Below, in pieces: positions 1 to 12,529 of a DNA stretch of 64,000 bases (the first letter of the stretch is position 1; each line of letters starts with the position of its first letter). The stretch comes from Octopus sinensis. Its lineage: Eukaryota. Where the stretch lies: contig NC_042997.1 in assembly GCF_006345805.1 (NCBI RefSeq), positions 19,468,001 to 19,532,000 of the forward strand. The letters are read 5' to 3'. The notes beneath the pieces are model-generated. The model worked only from the letters and a program-made list of their open reading frames with translations. It did not search any database and had not been told where the DNA came from. A program made the position numbers and the translations under genes.

Positions 1-324
1 TTATGTAAAAATCAATATATCTAGATTTCATTTATCTTCATCTTTTCTAATTTTCATTTCTACAAATTATGTAAATGTATAAATATATACTTAATAATAT
101 TCTTTGATTGTTGTCCAAAGACCTATAACCATGAGATTGTGGAAATAAATTTAATTATTGGGAGGCCTTTAATAATAACGTGTTGGTTTTATCATTTTTA
201 CCAATTAGATAGGAATAACTATTCAAATCTAATTTCTTATATTAGCACATATCTCTCCAATATTTCTATAGATATAGGAAAAACCGATATATTTACTGGT
301 CATATGTTATATCTTTATATTTAG

Positions 325-515
325 AAATGAGCACAATTATTACAGAAGTATTGCAGCAAGACAGTATTCAACAGAAACAAGATGTTCTATGGGAAGGTCA
401 CTACAATTTGTACCAATCTTACAATCCTATAAACGATGGAACATATGAAAAGGAATTATGCATAGATTTAGCTTTAGGCAAAATAACTTGTTCATACAAT
501 TTAAAGATAAACTGA
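325..515 (+). CDS. Possible host exon (unassigned)
   Basis: Pyrimidine-rich acceptor (ctttatatttag) followed by a 63-codon open frame (MSTIITEVLQQDSIQQKQDVLWEGHYNLY...). No recognisable homology and no strong donor. Confidence 0.15.
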
Positions 516-1380
516 AGATATACTTAAAGTAATACTTTTGTATTATATTTGTTACATGGTAATTTCATTTTTCTAATGTTATACTTTTACATAACAGCCT
601 CTTCAGTAGTTTTCAATGGTGTTTCAATTTCTGATTAGCTATTGCTGTTATTATTTTTTTGTTTCATATCAGGTCACCCCTGATTGAACTGATCTGTGGC
701 CAGAAGCATTTTCAACTCTTCAACTCATTCACATTATTTATAGACAGTAGTGCAATTTAAGAGATATTTACATGCTATTTCTAGCAGATCAAGCATCTAT
801 ATAGAGGCTTCATCCTCGGTTCATATTTGTAACTAGTTGACTATCATGGCAAATATAGAGATAAAATAACTATGAAATACTATTAGTTAGGTATTAGAAA
901 ACAATGGATACTAAATTATAAATGTTAAAAAAAAGATATTTCTATTATCATTAAATGTATATTGTGGCTGTTTTATATGTGAAATACTTACATTTCTCGA
1001 TTTATTTAAAAGTTTTTTGTTGTTTAATTTGAATTTTGTGATGTAGATATCTAAGTGGCTTCATGTTCAGAATGACACAAGATACATTTAAGAATGCTAA
1101 ACTTAGACTGAGTAAAGAAGTCTATGATTTGAATAATTTGATTGATACTTGTTTTTCAGTCAGTTCAGACTGAGATTTGCAAAAATTCAAACTAAAAGGG
1201 AATTTTCTTTTTCAAGAAAGAAAACAAAGGATTACTTTAAAATGGTTTAGTTTTCTCTATTACTTGTTTGATTGTTATAATAATAAATAAAAAATAAAAA
1301 AACATGTATGTTTGACAGAAAAAAAGATATGACAAATAAGATGACTAGTATTAGATACACACCAATAACAGAGGCAGCAG

Positions 1381-1720
1381 GAATCTTTACACATTGTTTA
1401 TTCTGAGGTTAAAATTCAATTTAATGGCGTATTCAATTTCTTGGTAATTTTAGTGTTACATGCAAAACCTAGCAGAATTTAGCTCACTAAATTTATGCAA
1501 ATAATTAAGTTTAACACTTTCGTTACTGTATTATTTTGAGATGCTCTGTATTACTTTCAATTACTTTAAATATAACAAAGAATTTAGTGAAATAACTTAG
1601 TTATCATTTAGCTAGTGTTAGGAACATAAACGGAAGATTTTAATTCAAAACTCATGAAAACAAGACATTTGCACTCAGCATTAGAGCCGATTTCAGTTGG
1701 GTTGGTAACGAAAGGGCTAA
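1381..1720. mobile_element. piggyBac-like MITE remnant
   Basis: Ends in ...gttggtaacgaaagggctaa, resembling the aaggg|TTAA terminus of the MITE at 24656-24831. Left end not resolved. Confidence 0.3.
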
Positions 1721-2855
1721 GACATTGTATATGTTGTGGTAAGATTTGAATTTGTGATTTTCAGTTTAAGAACCTATTAAACACTAAATACATTTGTAAA
1801 CTTAGATACTAGTTGTCAAACTAAAGTTGTATCAGAAAAAGTCAGCTTTTTCCAACTAAATAGAAAATAGTAATGTAAAATGTTCATTACATATATATAA
1901 ATATATATATATATTTACACACCCACCCACACACACACAACTTTACTATAAATTGCCAAACAAAATGCAGGGAATGTAGTATTTCAGAGCAGGCCATGCT
2001 GATATAACATTAGGGAAAGAATTTATTGACGCTCTGTCTTAGAACCCATTACATTTGTTTTATTGTTAAACAGAGTAATCTTGTAACAGACATTATTGTT
2101 AGGCAGTATTGTAGATGATAACAAGATTACTTAATATTCTATTTTCTGAACATTGCTGAATTCAGAATACAAGTGTAAAATTATGGAAATATAGATTGGA
2201 AACAAAATGTTGTAATGGAGTTTGGGGAATATATTTACACATAGCCTGCAATGTTGCTCTTTGATTTATTATGATTCATTCAGTAATCTGTACAGGTCAA
2301 AATCGTACAAGCATTAGAGTGGTCAGAATTTTAGATATCGTATATCAGCATATATCACAAAAATATATTGCATAGGAGAATTTTAAGAAGTTATTACATT
2401 GAAATATATTTGATATATCACATATTGATGTTGAAATCTTTCCGTTTACCATTTATTAGTATGTTCTGTAACAAACATTTGGGAATATGTTGCTGTGAGC
2501 AGTAATTTAGATATTTCATACTGTTTGAAACTGTTTTTTTTAAAGCTGTTATAGAAACACAAGTTTTAGTACACTATAGTGGTTTATATTTTATATAAGG
2601 TGTACTACAGCTGTGAAGTTGGACTACTGGAAACATAGCCATAAGTTCATTGTTATTATTGCTTATCTGTTTGTTCCTGAACAAAGAACATAACCATACA
2701 TACTTCACTTTCCCTGACTGACATAATAATATAGGTTTTGCTTCCTATTTCAGGACTGAGTTGACAGCAGTAGAAACTGCAAGCATTTATATAAGTAGAC
2801 GCTCAAGCTAAAAACCATTCAACACATGCGAAATATTTTTTAAAAGTGGATATAA

Positions 2856-3227
2856 CTCTTTTATTTGTTTCAGTCATTTGACTGCGGCCATGCTGGAACA
2901 AATCGACCCCGAGACTTATTCTTTGTAAGCCCAGTACTTATTCTATCGGTCTCTTTTGCCGAACCGCTAAGTGACGGGAACGTACACACACCAGCATCGG
3001 TTGTCAAGCAATGCTAGGGGGACAAACACAGACATACAAATACACACAGATATATACATATATACGACAGGCTTCTTTCAGTTTCCGTCTACCAAATCCA
3101 CTCACAAGGCATTGGTCGGCCCGGGGCTATAGCAGAAGACACTTGCCCAAGATGCCATGCAGTGGGACTGAACCCGGAACCATGTGGTTGGTTAGCAAGC
3201 TACTTACCACACAGCCACTCCAGCGCC
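2856..3227 (-). mobile_element. tRNA-derived SINE, family 1 (CORE-like central region)
   Basis: Reverse complement of the 4554-4957 copy: head GGCGCTGGAGTGGCTGTGTGGTAAGTAGC with A/B-box-like motifs, ttgggcaagt core, internal microsatellite and common tail. Confidence 0.85.
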
Positions 3228-3333
3228 TGTTGGTATGTTTGGATGGCATCCATATTTAACTGATAATCTGATTAATGTTCTGAAATGCTGAAACAGCTTT
3301 TTTGTCATTTCTTGAATAACAATATCGCAAATG

Positions 3334-3718
3334 CATATTTGCCATTTGAATATGGCTAACCCATAAGGGTGGATGCTACTGTAGTTTGTAGCCCCAGGAA
3401 GATATCTCCTCCAGCTGGCTATAGACACACTATCTGTGTCCTCTCAGATAGTGTGTCTATCTCACGTCACACGCTGATGAAAGGTAAACACCTTGAAACT
3501 CGGGTACGTGTGTATCATGTGTTGAAGACGGGGAGGATGACTCCCCTTCACAAATACTGAGAGGACACAGATAGTGTGTCTATAGCCAGCTGGAGGAGAT
3601 ATCTTCCTGGGGCTACAAACTACAGTAGCATCCACCCTTATGGGTTAGCCATATTCAAATGGAAAATATGCGTCACGATGTGTTACCGCTACTGTTTATA
3701 ACTCGCTCTGAGATTTAT
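3334..3718 (+). mobile_element. Fold-back HHR-bearing non-coding retroelement (retrozyme/PLE pLTR-like) with 14-bp TSD
   Basis: 114-bp near-perfect inverted arms (3334-3447 / 3557-3670) with an HHR in the loop. CAATATCGCAAATG is duplicated at 3320-3333 and 3719-3732. Confidence 0.85.
3468..3512 (+). ncRNA. Type I hammerhead ribozyme (canonical core)
   Basis: CACACG-CTGATGA-AAGG(taaaca)CCTT-GAAA-C(tcgg)G-TA-CGTGTG: 6-bp stem I, 4-bp stem II, minimal stem III, predicted GUA cleavage after 3506. Confidence 0.85.
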
Positions 3719-4553
3719 CAATATCGCAAATGTTATTCAGATTTTAAAGAGGATTTCAGTTTATAAGCAATTAAGTTCAATTAAAAAGTTAGTCTTGGAA
3801 AGATTCAAATATTAATGTTAGCATTAGAAGTGCTTCTTAATATTTAATTTAAAATATATTAAAAAGGAATGGAAAATTTCAATAACTCCAAATAAACACA
3901 TTTCAACACTAATGATAAGTACGAATTAGCAACCTATGAAAGGAGAGGTACATGAGAGATAATCAATCTTGAATTTATAACTTTTAAATTCCAGGCCTTA
4001 ATTTACTTTATAAATATAAGAATTATGAAACCAAGCTGATATGCCTACAGTATTTCTAAAATATGAACTGTAGTATCAATGAGCAGCTGACAGTAAGAAG
4101 GTATACTGTGTGCAGTAAATGTGGATATACTGTCTTCACTGTATGAGTGAACAATGCATCTCAGATAAAATATACCAATTAAATTTAACAAAATATGGAC
4201 ACATCATCTCTGAACTAGAATCCCAAAGAGTCCAAGATACCTTCCAGTTTGAAACTAGAGAAACATCAACAGGTCACAATTCCCAAACTCTTCCATCATG
4301 CTGTTAAATAAATCACCACATTGTTCCTGTCAAAACAATGCAAATCAATGTTTGGTTCATTTCATATACCTGAAGTTACTTCCAAGAAAAGAAAGATGTC
4401 AGGGAATATACAACTACAAAAAGTGGCTAGCATCTCTTTCCAAACTGAACAATTGTTATCAATCAGCTACCAACAGAACATTCTAGATATTTTACATCCT
4501 GTTTTGTAACTGAGCAATTTGTAATTCTCTTGATATTTTACAAATTATACATA

Positions 4554-4957
4554 GGCGCAGGAGTGGCTGTGTGGTAAGTAGCTTGCTAACCAACCACATG
4601 GTTCCGGGTTCAGTCCCACTGCGTGGCATCTTGGGCAAGTGCCTTCTGCTATAGCCCTGGGCCGACCAATGCCTTGTGAGTGGATTTGGTAGACGGAAAC
4701 TGAAAGAAGCCTGTCATATATATGTATATATATATATATATATATGTATGTGTTTGTGTGTCTGTCTCCCTAGCATTGCTTGACAACCGATGCCGGTGTT
4801 TTTACGTCCCCGTCACTTAGTGGTTCAGCAAAAGAGACCGATAGAATAAGTACTGGGCTTACAAAGAATAAGTCCCAGGATCAATTTGCTCGACTAAAGG
4901 CGGTGCTCCAGCATGGCCACAGTCAAATGACTGAAACAAGTAAAAGAGTAAAAGAGT
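4554..4957 (+). mobile_element. tRNA-derived SINE, family 1 (full length)
   Basis: Head GGCGCAGGAGTGGCTGTGTGGTAAG...GGTTCAGTCCC, internal (TA)n, tail ...gccacagtcaaatgactgaaacaagtaaaagagtaaaagag. About ten homologous copies in the window. Confidence 0.9.
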
Positions 4958-5164
4958 ATAACCTATTCATTAATATCTTGAGGCTATGTAAGAGCTTTTA
5001 CACAGTCACTCGACCAGCTAAAAACAACAGCCAAATAGTCATCAAATCAAAGTCTACTGTCTCAAACATGGAAGGACACACTTAGTAAAATTATTTTAGA
5101 TACACATCCATAATATATCAGGATGGTCATAGCTGGAATGCTTCTGGTCACAGGATTGCTTAAT

Positions 5165-5468
5165 TGAGATTTGTTTCAGTTATTTGAACAAATCAACCCC
5201 AGGACTTATTCTTTGTAATCCTAGTACTTATTTTATTGGTTCTTTTGCCAAACTGCTAAGTTATGGAGATGTAAATGCAACAACATCAGTTGTCAAGTGT
5301 TGGTGGAGGGACAAACACAAACACACAAATACATTCATATGACGAGCTTCTTTCAGTTTCTGTCTACCAAATCCACTCATAAGGCTTTGGTCGACCCGAG
5401 GCTATAGTGGGACTGAACCTGCAACCATGTGGTTAGGAAGCAAGCTTCTTACCACATAGCTGCTCCTG
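5165..5468 (-). mobile_element. SINE family 1, degenerate
   Basis: Homologous to the reverse complement of 4554-4957. Confidence 0.75.
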
Positions 5469-7330
5469 TGAGTATAAGATTTGCAGAAATCTCTGAGATT
5501 AATGATATTGATGTCACAAATGTTTTGATTAAACATTAGCAGGAAAGACAAGCGCAAGGAGAGAATTCCAAAGAAGTGGGGGAAAGGACTGGATAGTGAG
5601 AGACCTGGACAATTTGACACAACATAGGAGATAAAAAGAAGAGAGACGAATAAGTCAAGAGCACCTAGGTGGATATGAAGCAGAATCCACTGCTGTGGTG
5701 TAAGAAAATGGCAGGGAGAAGAGCCAGCAAGTCTGTGAAGCAATGACTGTAGTGTATCTATGAGTGGCATCATGCCAACCATAGCCATATGGATTTTCAA
5801 GGAACACAGATAAGGATATCTGTGTGTATTGTAGTAATGCCCTTCTAGGTATGAGAGAAGTATTTTATTGTAGGTTTTACTTGAGTTAACTGGAGTTTAC
5901 CAGTTTTGACTGGGATGAAATATTTTCTGGCTCTGAGAGGAATTCCATGGGCACTACTTGCATGCTTCAATTGCATAAAGAGTTAAGTGTAGTGATGTTT
6001 ACTTGATATATGCAATTTTTATTTTTTTTCGGCTATTGAAGGGAACAAAATTGTCCTAATCCTAATGTAAGATGCTTTTGAGTTTTCTTTTGATGGAGTC
6101 AGAGCATGTTTCATGTAAGTATCTAGACTGCATATGGATTATGATTCTGATGGAGTCAGGGCATATTTCATGCGAGTGTTTAGACTACATATGGATTATG
6201 ATTGCATGTGGAAAGTTAGAGAAGAATGAAAGGCAATATCATCTGCACAAGAGTAACCACTGCTTCAGATGATGGCAAACATGCCTAATATAGAAGAGAA
6301 AAAGTGGCTTACGGTTAAGCACCAATAACATTTAGATGAATAAATATGAGGTAGTTTCCACTATCAATGCAAAGGACCTAGTTTGATATGTAGTTTCACT
6401 TATGAGTCTTAGGTTGCAGAATGAACTGATCCTTATGCCCTTAATCATCTCATTTCTAGTTTTTAAAATGCAATATTTGTTCTGCATTAAAAGCATTTTT
6501 ACAATATTTCATAATTAAACTTTAATATTTAAAATTCGTGTTATTTAAATCTCCTCAAAACCATGTCAAAGATACCGAATAAAAAATTTTCTCAAATTAT
6601 GAAAATGTAGCGCTGATGGTGTATATGGTGGTTGTGTGAAGTTTACGATGAATCACCAGTCGTACATGTGATGGTTAATGTGTTAAAAATATTCATGAAA
6701 AGTGGTCGAACTATGTTCAGTATTTATTCTGCCTTCTATTATGTTATATATTCAGAAAAATATTTGACTCTGACTTAACCAAACTGTTAGTAAATGAAAA
6801 CATTCCTATAAAGCAATTTGACAAAACCATTAAATGATGTGTCTAGGGAGTTAATTACATTGACATATTGACTAATCCCTAGACACAACAAAATCTGTTT
6901 CAACACACGAATTCACATAAAGAATCTTGCAAACCAGATACATTAAATGATGCTCCCATTAGTATTACTATAACCTTTGTACCTTTTCAAAAACACCAGT
7001 ATTATCCATCTGCCTATATTACTGTAACCCATATCACCATATAAACCATTTCCACATGATTGTATCAATGGGAAAACTATGCTGTGTAGTTAAAATTTTG
7101 CTTTTCAACCAAATGGTTCTGGGTTTGATTCTGCTATATGGTACTTTAGGCTTGTGGGCTAGTGTCATTGAATATAATCTATGGTTGATTAATCCTTTGT
7201 GAATGAAATTTGGTTGATGAAGACTTCAGAAATCTTTCATATATATGTACAGGTATATCTTCTATCAAAGTGTATCAGTGAAAGATGCTGACACTGGTGA
7301 GAAGACAAAAATGGCAAAAAAAAAAACTAA

Positions 7331-7650
7331 GCATGGCTGTGTGGTAACATAGTTCTGCGTTTAGTTCATTGTGTGACACCTTAAGCAAGTATCTTCTATG
7401 ATAGTCTCAGGCTGACCAAAGCTTTATGAGTGGCCTTCTAGATGAAAATGGAAAGAAGCCTGTTGCATATATATTTATATATGTATGTATATATATGAGT
7501 GTGTGTGAATATGTTTGTACCCCCAGCGTTGCTTGACAATTGGTGTTGGTTTTTACTGAAAAGTACTGAAAACAATTTGTTCAACTAAAACCATTCAGTG
7601 TGGTGCCCCAACATGGCCACAGTCTAATGACTGAAACAAGTAAAAGATAA
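7331..7650 (+). mobile_element. SINE family 1, degenerate
   Basis: gcatggctgtgtggtaac head and gtctaatgactgaaacaagtaaaag tail. Confidence 0.7.
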
Positions 7651-7794
7651 AAGACAGAAGATAAACCAACAATGCACATGGACGGAAAAATTCTTTGCAA
7701 CATTTGTTCTGCACTAAGTTACAGATACTCCCTGATCTCTTGTTAACACAAAAGCAATGAATCTGATTAGTCATTAGAAACTTGTCACCAACAC

Positions 7795-8026
7795 GGTGGC
7801 GAGCTGGCAGAAACGTTAGCACGCCGGCGAAATGCTTAACGGTATTTCGTCTGCAGTTATGTTCTGAGTTCAAATTCCGCCGAGGTTGACTTTACCTTTC
7901 ATCCATTCGGGGTCGATAAATTAAGTACCAGTTACACACTGAGGTCAATGTAATCGACTTAATCCATTTGTCTGTCCTTGTTTGTCCCCTCTATGTGTAG
8001 CCCCTTGTGGGCAATAAAGAAATAAG
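7795..8026 (+). mobile_element. tRNA-derived SINE, family 2 (Deu/Nin-domain-like)
   Basis: B-box gagttcaaattcc followed by cctttcatccattcggggtcgataaattaagtaccag (Deu/Nin-like, from recall). Imperfect flanking duplication ...gtcaccaacac. Confidence 0.8.
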
Positions 8027-10390
8027 GAACTGGTCACCAACACCACTATTGATCAGTATTTATGAAATCATTAAATATATACTAACACTGAACTGATGTC
8101 TAAAATCATTGTTAATATCAGTATTGATTTACATTGTCATCGTCATTGCCATTACTATTCTCGTATCATCATCCAAAACATCAACATTTCTTTGAAGAGA
8201 TCCCTTTGAAACGAAAACATGGAAAAACAAGGACCAAACATTATGATACAGTATGTGATTAAAAAAAACAGAGCTTTAAAATATATTGTCTTTGTGATAT
8301 TACAGAGATGAAATAGTAATGTGTTTGCCACAGAGATGTAGATGAAACAAATTATATATCACTGCTATCAATAAATATGTATATGAAACATCACTTGAAA
8401 TTAGTTATTACAGATAACAAGGTCAGTTAGAAGTTTAGCTTATAATTTAGAAGAAAATATCCTGTATTTTTTTATGGTGAGGACTACTTGATAAAAAAAA
8501 AGGAAGTAAATAAATAACATCACCTTGAAAAAATAAGAAAAATCTAGGGGAAAAAAATCAATGATCTATTTTGAGATAAAATAGAAAGGTGGGCAGTGAG
8601 AAAATAAATGTTAAGTACAAGAGTGTAAAGAGGAAATGTAAACCTTGGAGAAGTTTTATAGAGAATATGAAACATTGCTAATAATTAAGTGGAAATATAG
8701 TGAGATGCATACAGTTACAGTCCTGAGTGAACATCAAATTATATCATAGAAAACTAAACTAGCATCTTGAAGCAAAGATATTGATCACATTGATTGTCAG
8801 AAAAACAGAACTGGAAGTTTTGAAAGAGTTACAATTTTCACATATCTTAAATGATCTTTCTTCCATAGATACTTACTTTTAGCTGTAAACAAGTTTACAG
8901 TAAAACTAAGTGAAAATTTACTCTCCTTTCATTGTCACAACACAATCTTGTATATATATATTAGCATGTGCATAATCTTACAGGTATAACATGTGAATGC
9001 ACATATGCAAAACATAACTGTTATACAGATAAACATATACAATTGGATTTATGTATTTGCTGTTTTGAAAGCAGCAGTTACTAAATTAGATCTTACTTGT
9101 GAAAGCGGTCTCTACAAAACATGACTTAAAAAAACTCATCCATATAATGTAACACTATTATGATTTTAAGATAAAAATACAAGAAAATTATCAGTAAAAA
9201 TGATTGATAATTGAAACTTTTACTTAAAATACTTTTAGAATTGTTGGAAATTTTCACAGGTTGTTGATGTTTGATTCTGGAGCAGCCACTGATCTCTGAT
9301 CCAAGTTGATGGATTAGTAGAAGAGTTAAAATATTGGATGGGATGCCTTGCAGCAGTGTTCTGGCTCTTTGCTTCTTACATTCTTGTGTTAATCTGTCAT
9401 TCAGTCTAACATCACCACCTGATCAATATGGGATTTAAACAGAATTTGCACAAACCTATAGTTTGATGATAACCTGCCTCCTTTCATTCCATAAGTCGCA
9501 TAGACTCTCAAAAATAAGGGGTCATGGGCACTGCCATTCCACCCCACTGACTAAGCAATATAATGTCCACCAGACTAATGGCCAAAAGTTAGAACATCCC
9601 ATATTTTAATATACTTTCCAATATATATTCTCCAGTGTATTCTTATTTAAGATAACAGGAAGAGATACATGAGGGATTTAGCTGCTATACCTAGAATACC
9701 TCATACCAATCACCTAGTATGAGGTAATAGACATTTACCAGCCATACCTAGCAGGTAAAGCAATACCCTATTGGGAGATATAAGGGAGATTTGGTTGTTA
9801 TAGTTACCAGGTTCCACAATCCAATAAGTTCCCATATTGGATTAAAATATTCTACAGTTTTTGATAGGGGTATTATGTAGTAAAACATTCTTTGCAAATG
9901 GAGAGCAGGACTTGAGTATTATATGCAATTGAAATTATTGTAGTTCAACTGGACCTCAAGAGAAAATATGAATCTAATGATTTAATGATTTAATTCCAGA
10001 TTGATAAAATGCATTTTGGTGCAAGCATGGATGTTATAATTAAGAAGATTGAATTGTTATGACCCGGTCACTGGTTCAGTCTGTCTTTGAAGCATTTTAG
10101 GCAAGAATCTTTTATCATAGCCTCAAGTTCAGTAATACCTTGTGAATGGAATTTAACTGAGTGAAACTGTGTGAAAGCCCATGAAATGTGTCTATATATG
10201 CATGTGTGTCTGTGATTGCATGTGTAGATTACTTAGATAAATTAGAATATATTAGAAGGTATCTTTTAATTTATCTACTTATGCTGCTTATTCATTATGC
10301 TAAAAATGCTTTACAACTAATTATAAATTAGCTGTAAATGTCTAGCAAATATTCAAAGAAAGACATCTAGTTGTTTCTGAAACAACTCAC

Positions 10391-10490
10391 TTCTTCATTT
10401 GATGTTTAGAAGCACAAGCTCCCATGAAATCTTGCTTTACATAACAGTCAGCCACAAGATGTTGAATATGATATAAATTTGGACATACAG
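10391..10490 (-). CDS. Candidate internal exon (unassigned)
   Basis: tttttttaag acceptor and gtgagt donor. One open frame: VCPNLYHIQHLVADCYVKQDFMGACASKHQMK. Confidence 0.25.
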
Positions 10491-10619
10491 CTTAAAAAAA
10501 CTTAAAAGCTTAATTACAATTTATGTAGCAATATGTGTGTGTTTTGATGTGTGTGTATTTATTTCATGATATATGTCTATTGATAATATGTCAACGGACA
10601 TATATTGACATATATTGTA

Positions 10620-10826
10620 ACACTGGGCAAAATGCCTAGTGGTATTTTGTCTCTCCGTTACGCTCTGAGTTCAAATTCTGCTGAGGTCGACTTCGCCTTT
10701 CATCCTTTCGGGGTCGATTAAATAGGTACCAGTTATGCACTTGGGTCGATGTAATCGACTTAAACCCTTTGTCTGTCCTTGTTTGTCCCCTCTATGTTTA
10801 GCCCCCTGTGGGCAATAAAGAAATAA
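10620..10826 (+). mobile_element. SINE family 2, 5'-eroded
   Basis: Homologous to 7795-8026. Confidence 0.8.
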
Positions 10827-11219
10827 AATATCTTCAGCTAAAAATACCCTATGTGGTTTTTGCTTCACCCTAATTACACAAACTATCCTATCTCACTTTG
10901 ACCATTAGACATGTCATGAACCTTTAACACGTGACATGACTATATATTGTTCACTGTATATATAAAATAATTAATAAATTATCATGAAATACTCTAATTT
11001 ACTTCCATACAACATCAACATCTTACACCTCATTAAAATATCAATATACAAATACTTGTTTTCCAGTCAAGTATTAGATAAATAAAACTGAAAATATTTA
11101 TGAATTGATACAGCCCATATCACATTTTAAGTCTCCTTCTGATTATAACAACTTAATAATAAAGGGAAACGATACCTACTTACATCAACTTTAAATAAAG
11201 TAAGCTAAATTGTACCTAC

Positions 11220-11260
11220 TTAAGTACTGACAATTGTTGCTCTACAGCACTTATTCTGTT
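11220..11260 (-). CDS. Candidate internal exon, coiled-coil-like
   Basis: ctgtttgtacag acceptor and gtaggt donor. Reads NRISAVEQQLSVL. Confidence 0.25.
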
Positions 11261-12529
11261 CTGTACAAACAGACTTATGATCAAAGTTATTTCAGCCATG
11301 ACAACAATTTCTTTCTATGTCTAGGTTTAGATTGTCTAATCCCCTTCAATCTTAAAAGGTTGTAAGTTGTGACTTAAGAGTAGTTTGACTGTTATTTCTA
11401 GCAGGTTGAAAACTAACTTTGAGGATTTCTTTCACTAGCACATTCAATAACGCATGTTACTCTACCAATGCTTGGCATGTAGCCAATGGTTACCTAGAAC
11501 CTTGGCAGACCAGATACTAGTACTTCTAGTAAATTAATATAACTGAAACAATTTTTTATGAAAATAAATATTAGACACTTCACCTGCTTGTTTTGTTTTG
11601 TATTTTTTAAGTACATAAAAAAAGCTCATTCTTACCTCTATCTGAAACTATTAATCTTCCAAAGAGATAAAACAGAATGATTAAAATTTGGCTCATTGAA
11701 AGAGAATGTATTACAAAGAGAGGAGTGAGAAGTTCCCTCTCTTTCATTTGTCTGTCTCTCTCTCTCTTTCCTTTTCTCTTGCACTCCCCACTGCCCATTC
11801 TCTCTTTCTCCCAACAGCTGATTCACATCTATAAAAGAAAGTAAGTGGAAAAGACAGTTACAAATGGTAGAATCACTGAAGTACGAGTCTGCTCACTTAT
11901 TAATGACACTACACTGTAGTGAGCTTGCATATGCAAAGCCAAATTTTTTGACATGTATACAGTCATTTAACCTGCTAGAAATAGTGAAAAATTTCCCTCA
12001 TGTCATACCTTACCACATTAAATCATAGGTACGTACCATGATAGTGACTTGTGACTAAGCAACAATTATAACATAAAGTACATCTTGTTCAAGAAAGGTT
12101 TGTATCACTGTTCAATCAAGTAAAGAGGGTCCCCATACATGACAAATGCTTTGTTAGTTTAAAAGGACAAATCTAAATAAACAAACTGGAAAGAGCTCAC
12201 AAAGACAATAGTCATATTAAGCAGAGAGACTGATTGTAAACTTAATATCATGAAAGATAGTACAGTCTTCAGTCATAACTTAGTTTACTATGAATTTCAT
12301 TTCCCTGAGACATATAAGAAAATATACCAGAATCTATTTTTGGCGTATAAAGAATTTCAGGTTCAATGACATGCTTTGACAGGGTTGAGTCAACCACAGA
12401 ATTGCATCATGTCAACTTTAGCATGGTTTCTATGGCTGGATGCCCTTTCTAATACCAACACCAACAGCATTTTATTTATATATATATACATATATATATC
12501 AGTTGAATAAAGTTATGATACTGTCTGGT

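Noticed and set aside
3557-3670. Downstream module as a twister, pistol, HDV-like ribozyme or SECIS
   Set aside because: Diagnostic conserved nucleotides were not found on either strand by manual inspection. Kept as an unknown structured motif.
4554-4640. tRNA-like sequences at SINE heads (also 17690, 24520 and 63050)
   Set aside because: No complete cloverleaf or acceptor stem, and they continue into SINE bodies. Not tRNA genes.
6085-6210. ~60-bp local tandem duplication
   Set aside because: Two diverged copies only. An ordinary slippage or duplication product.
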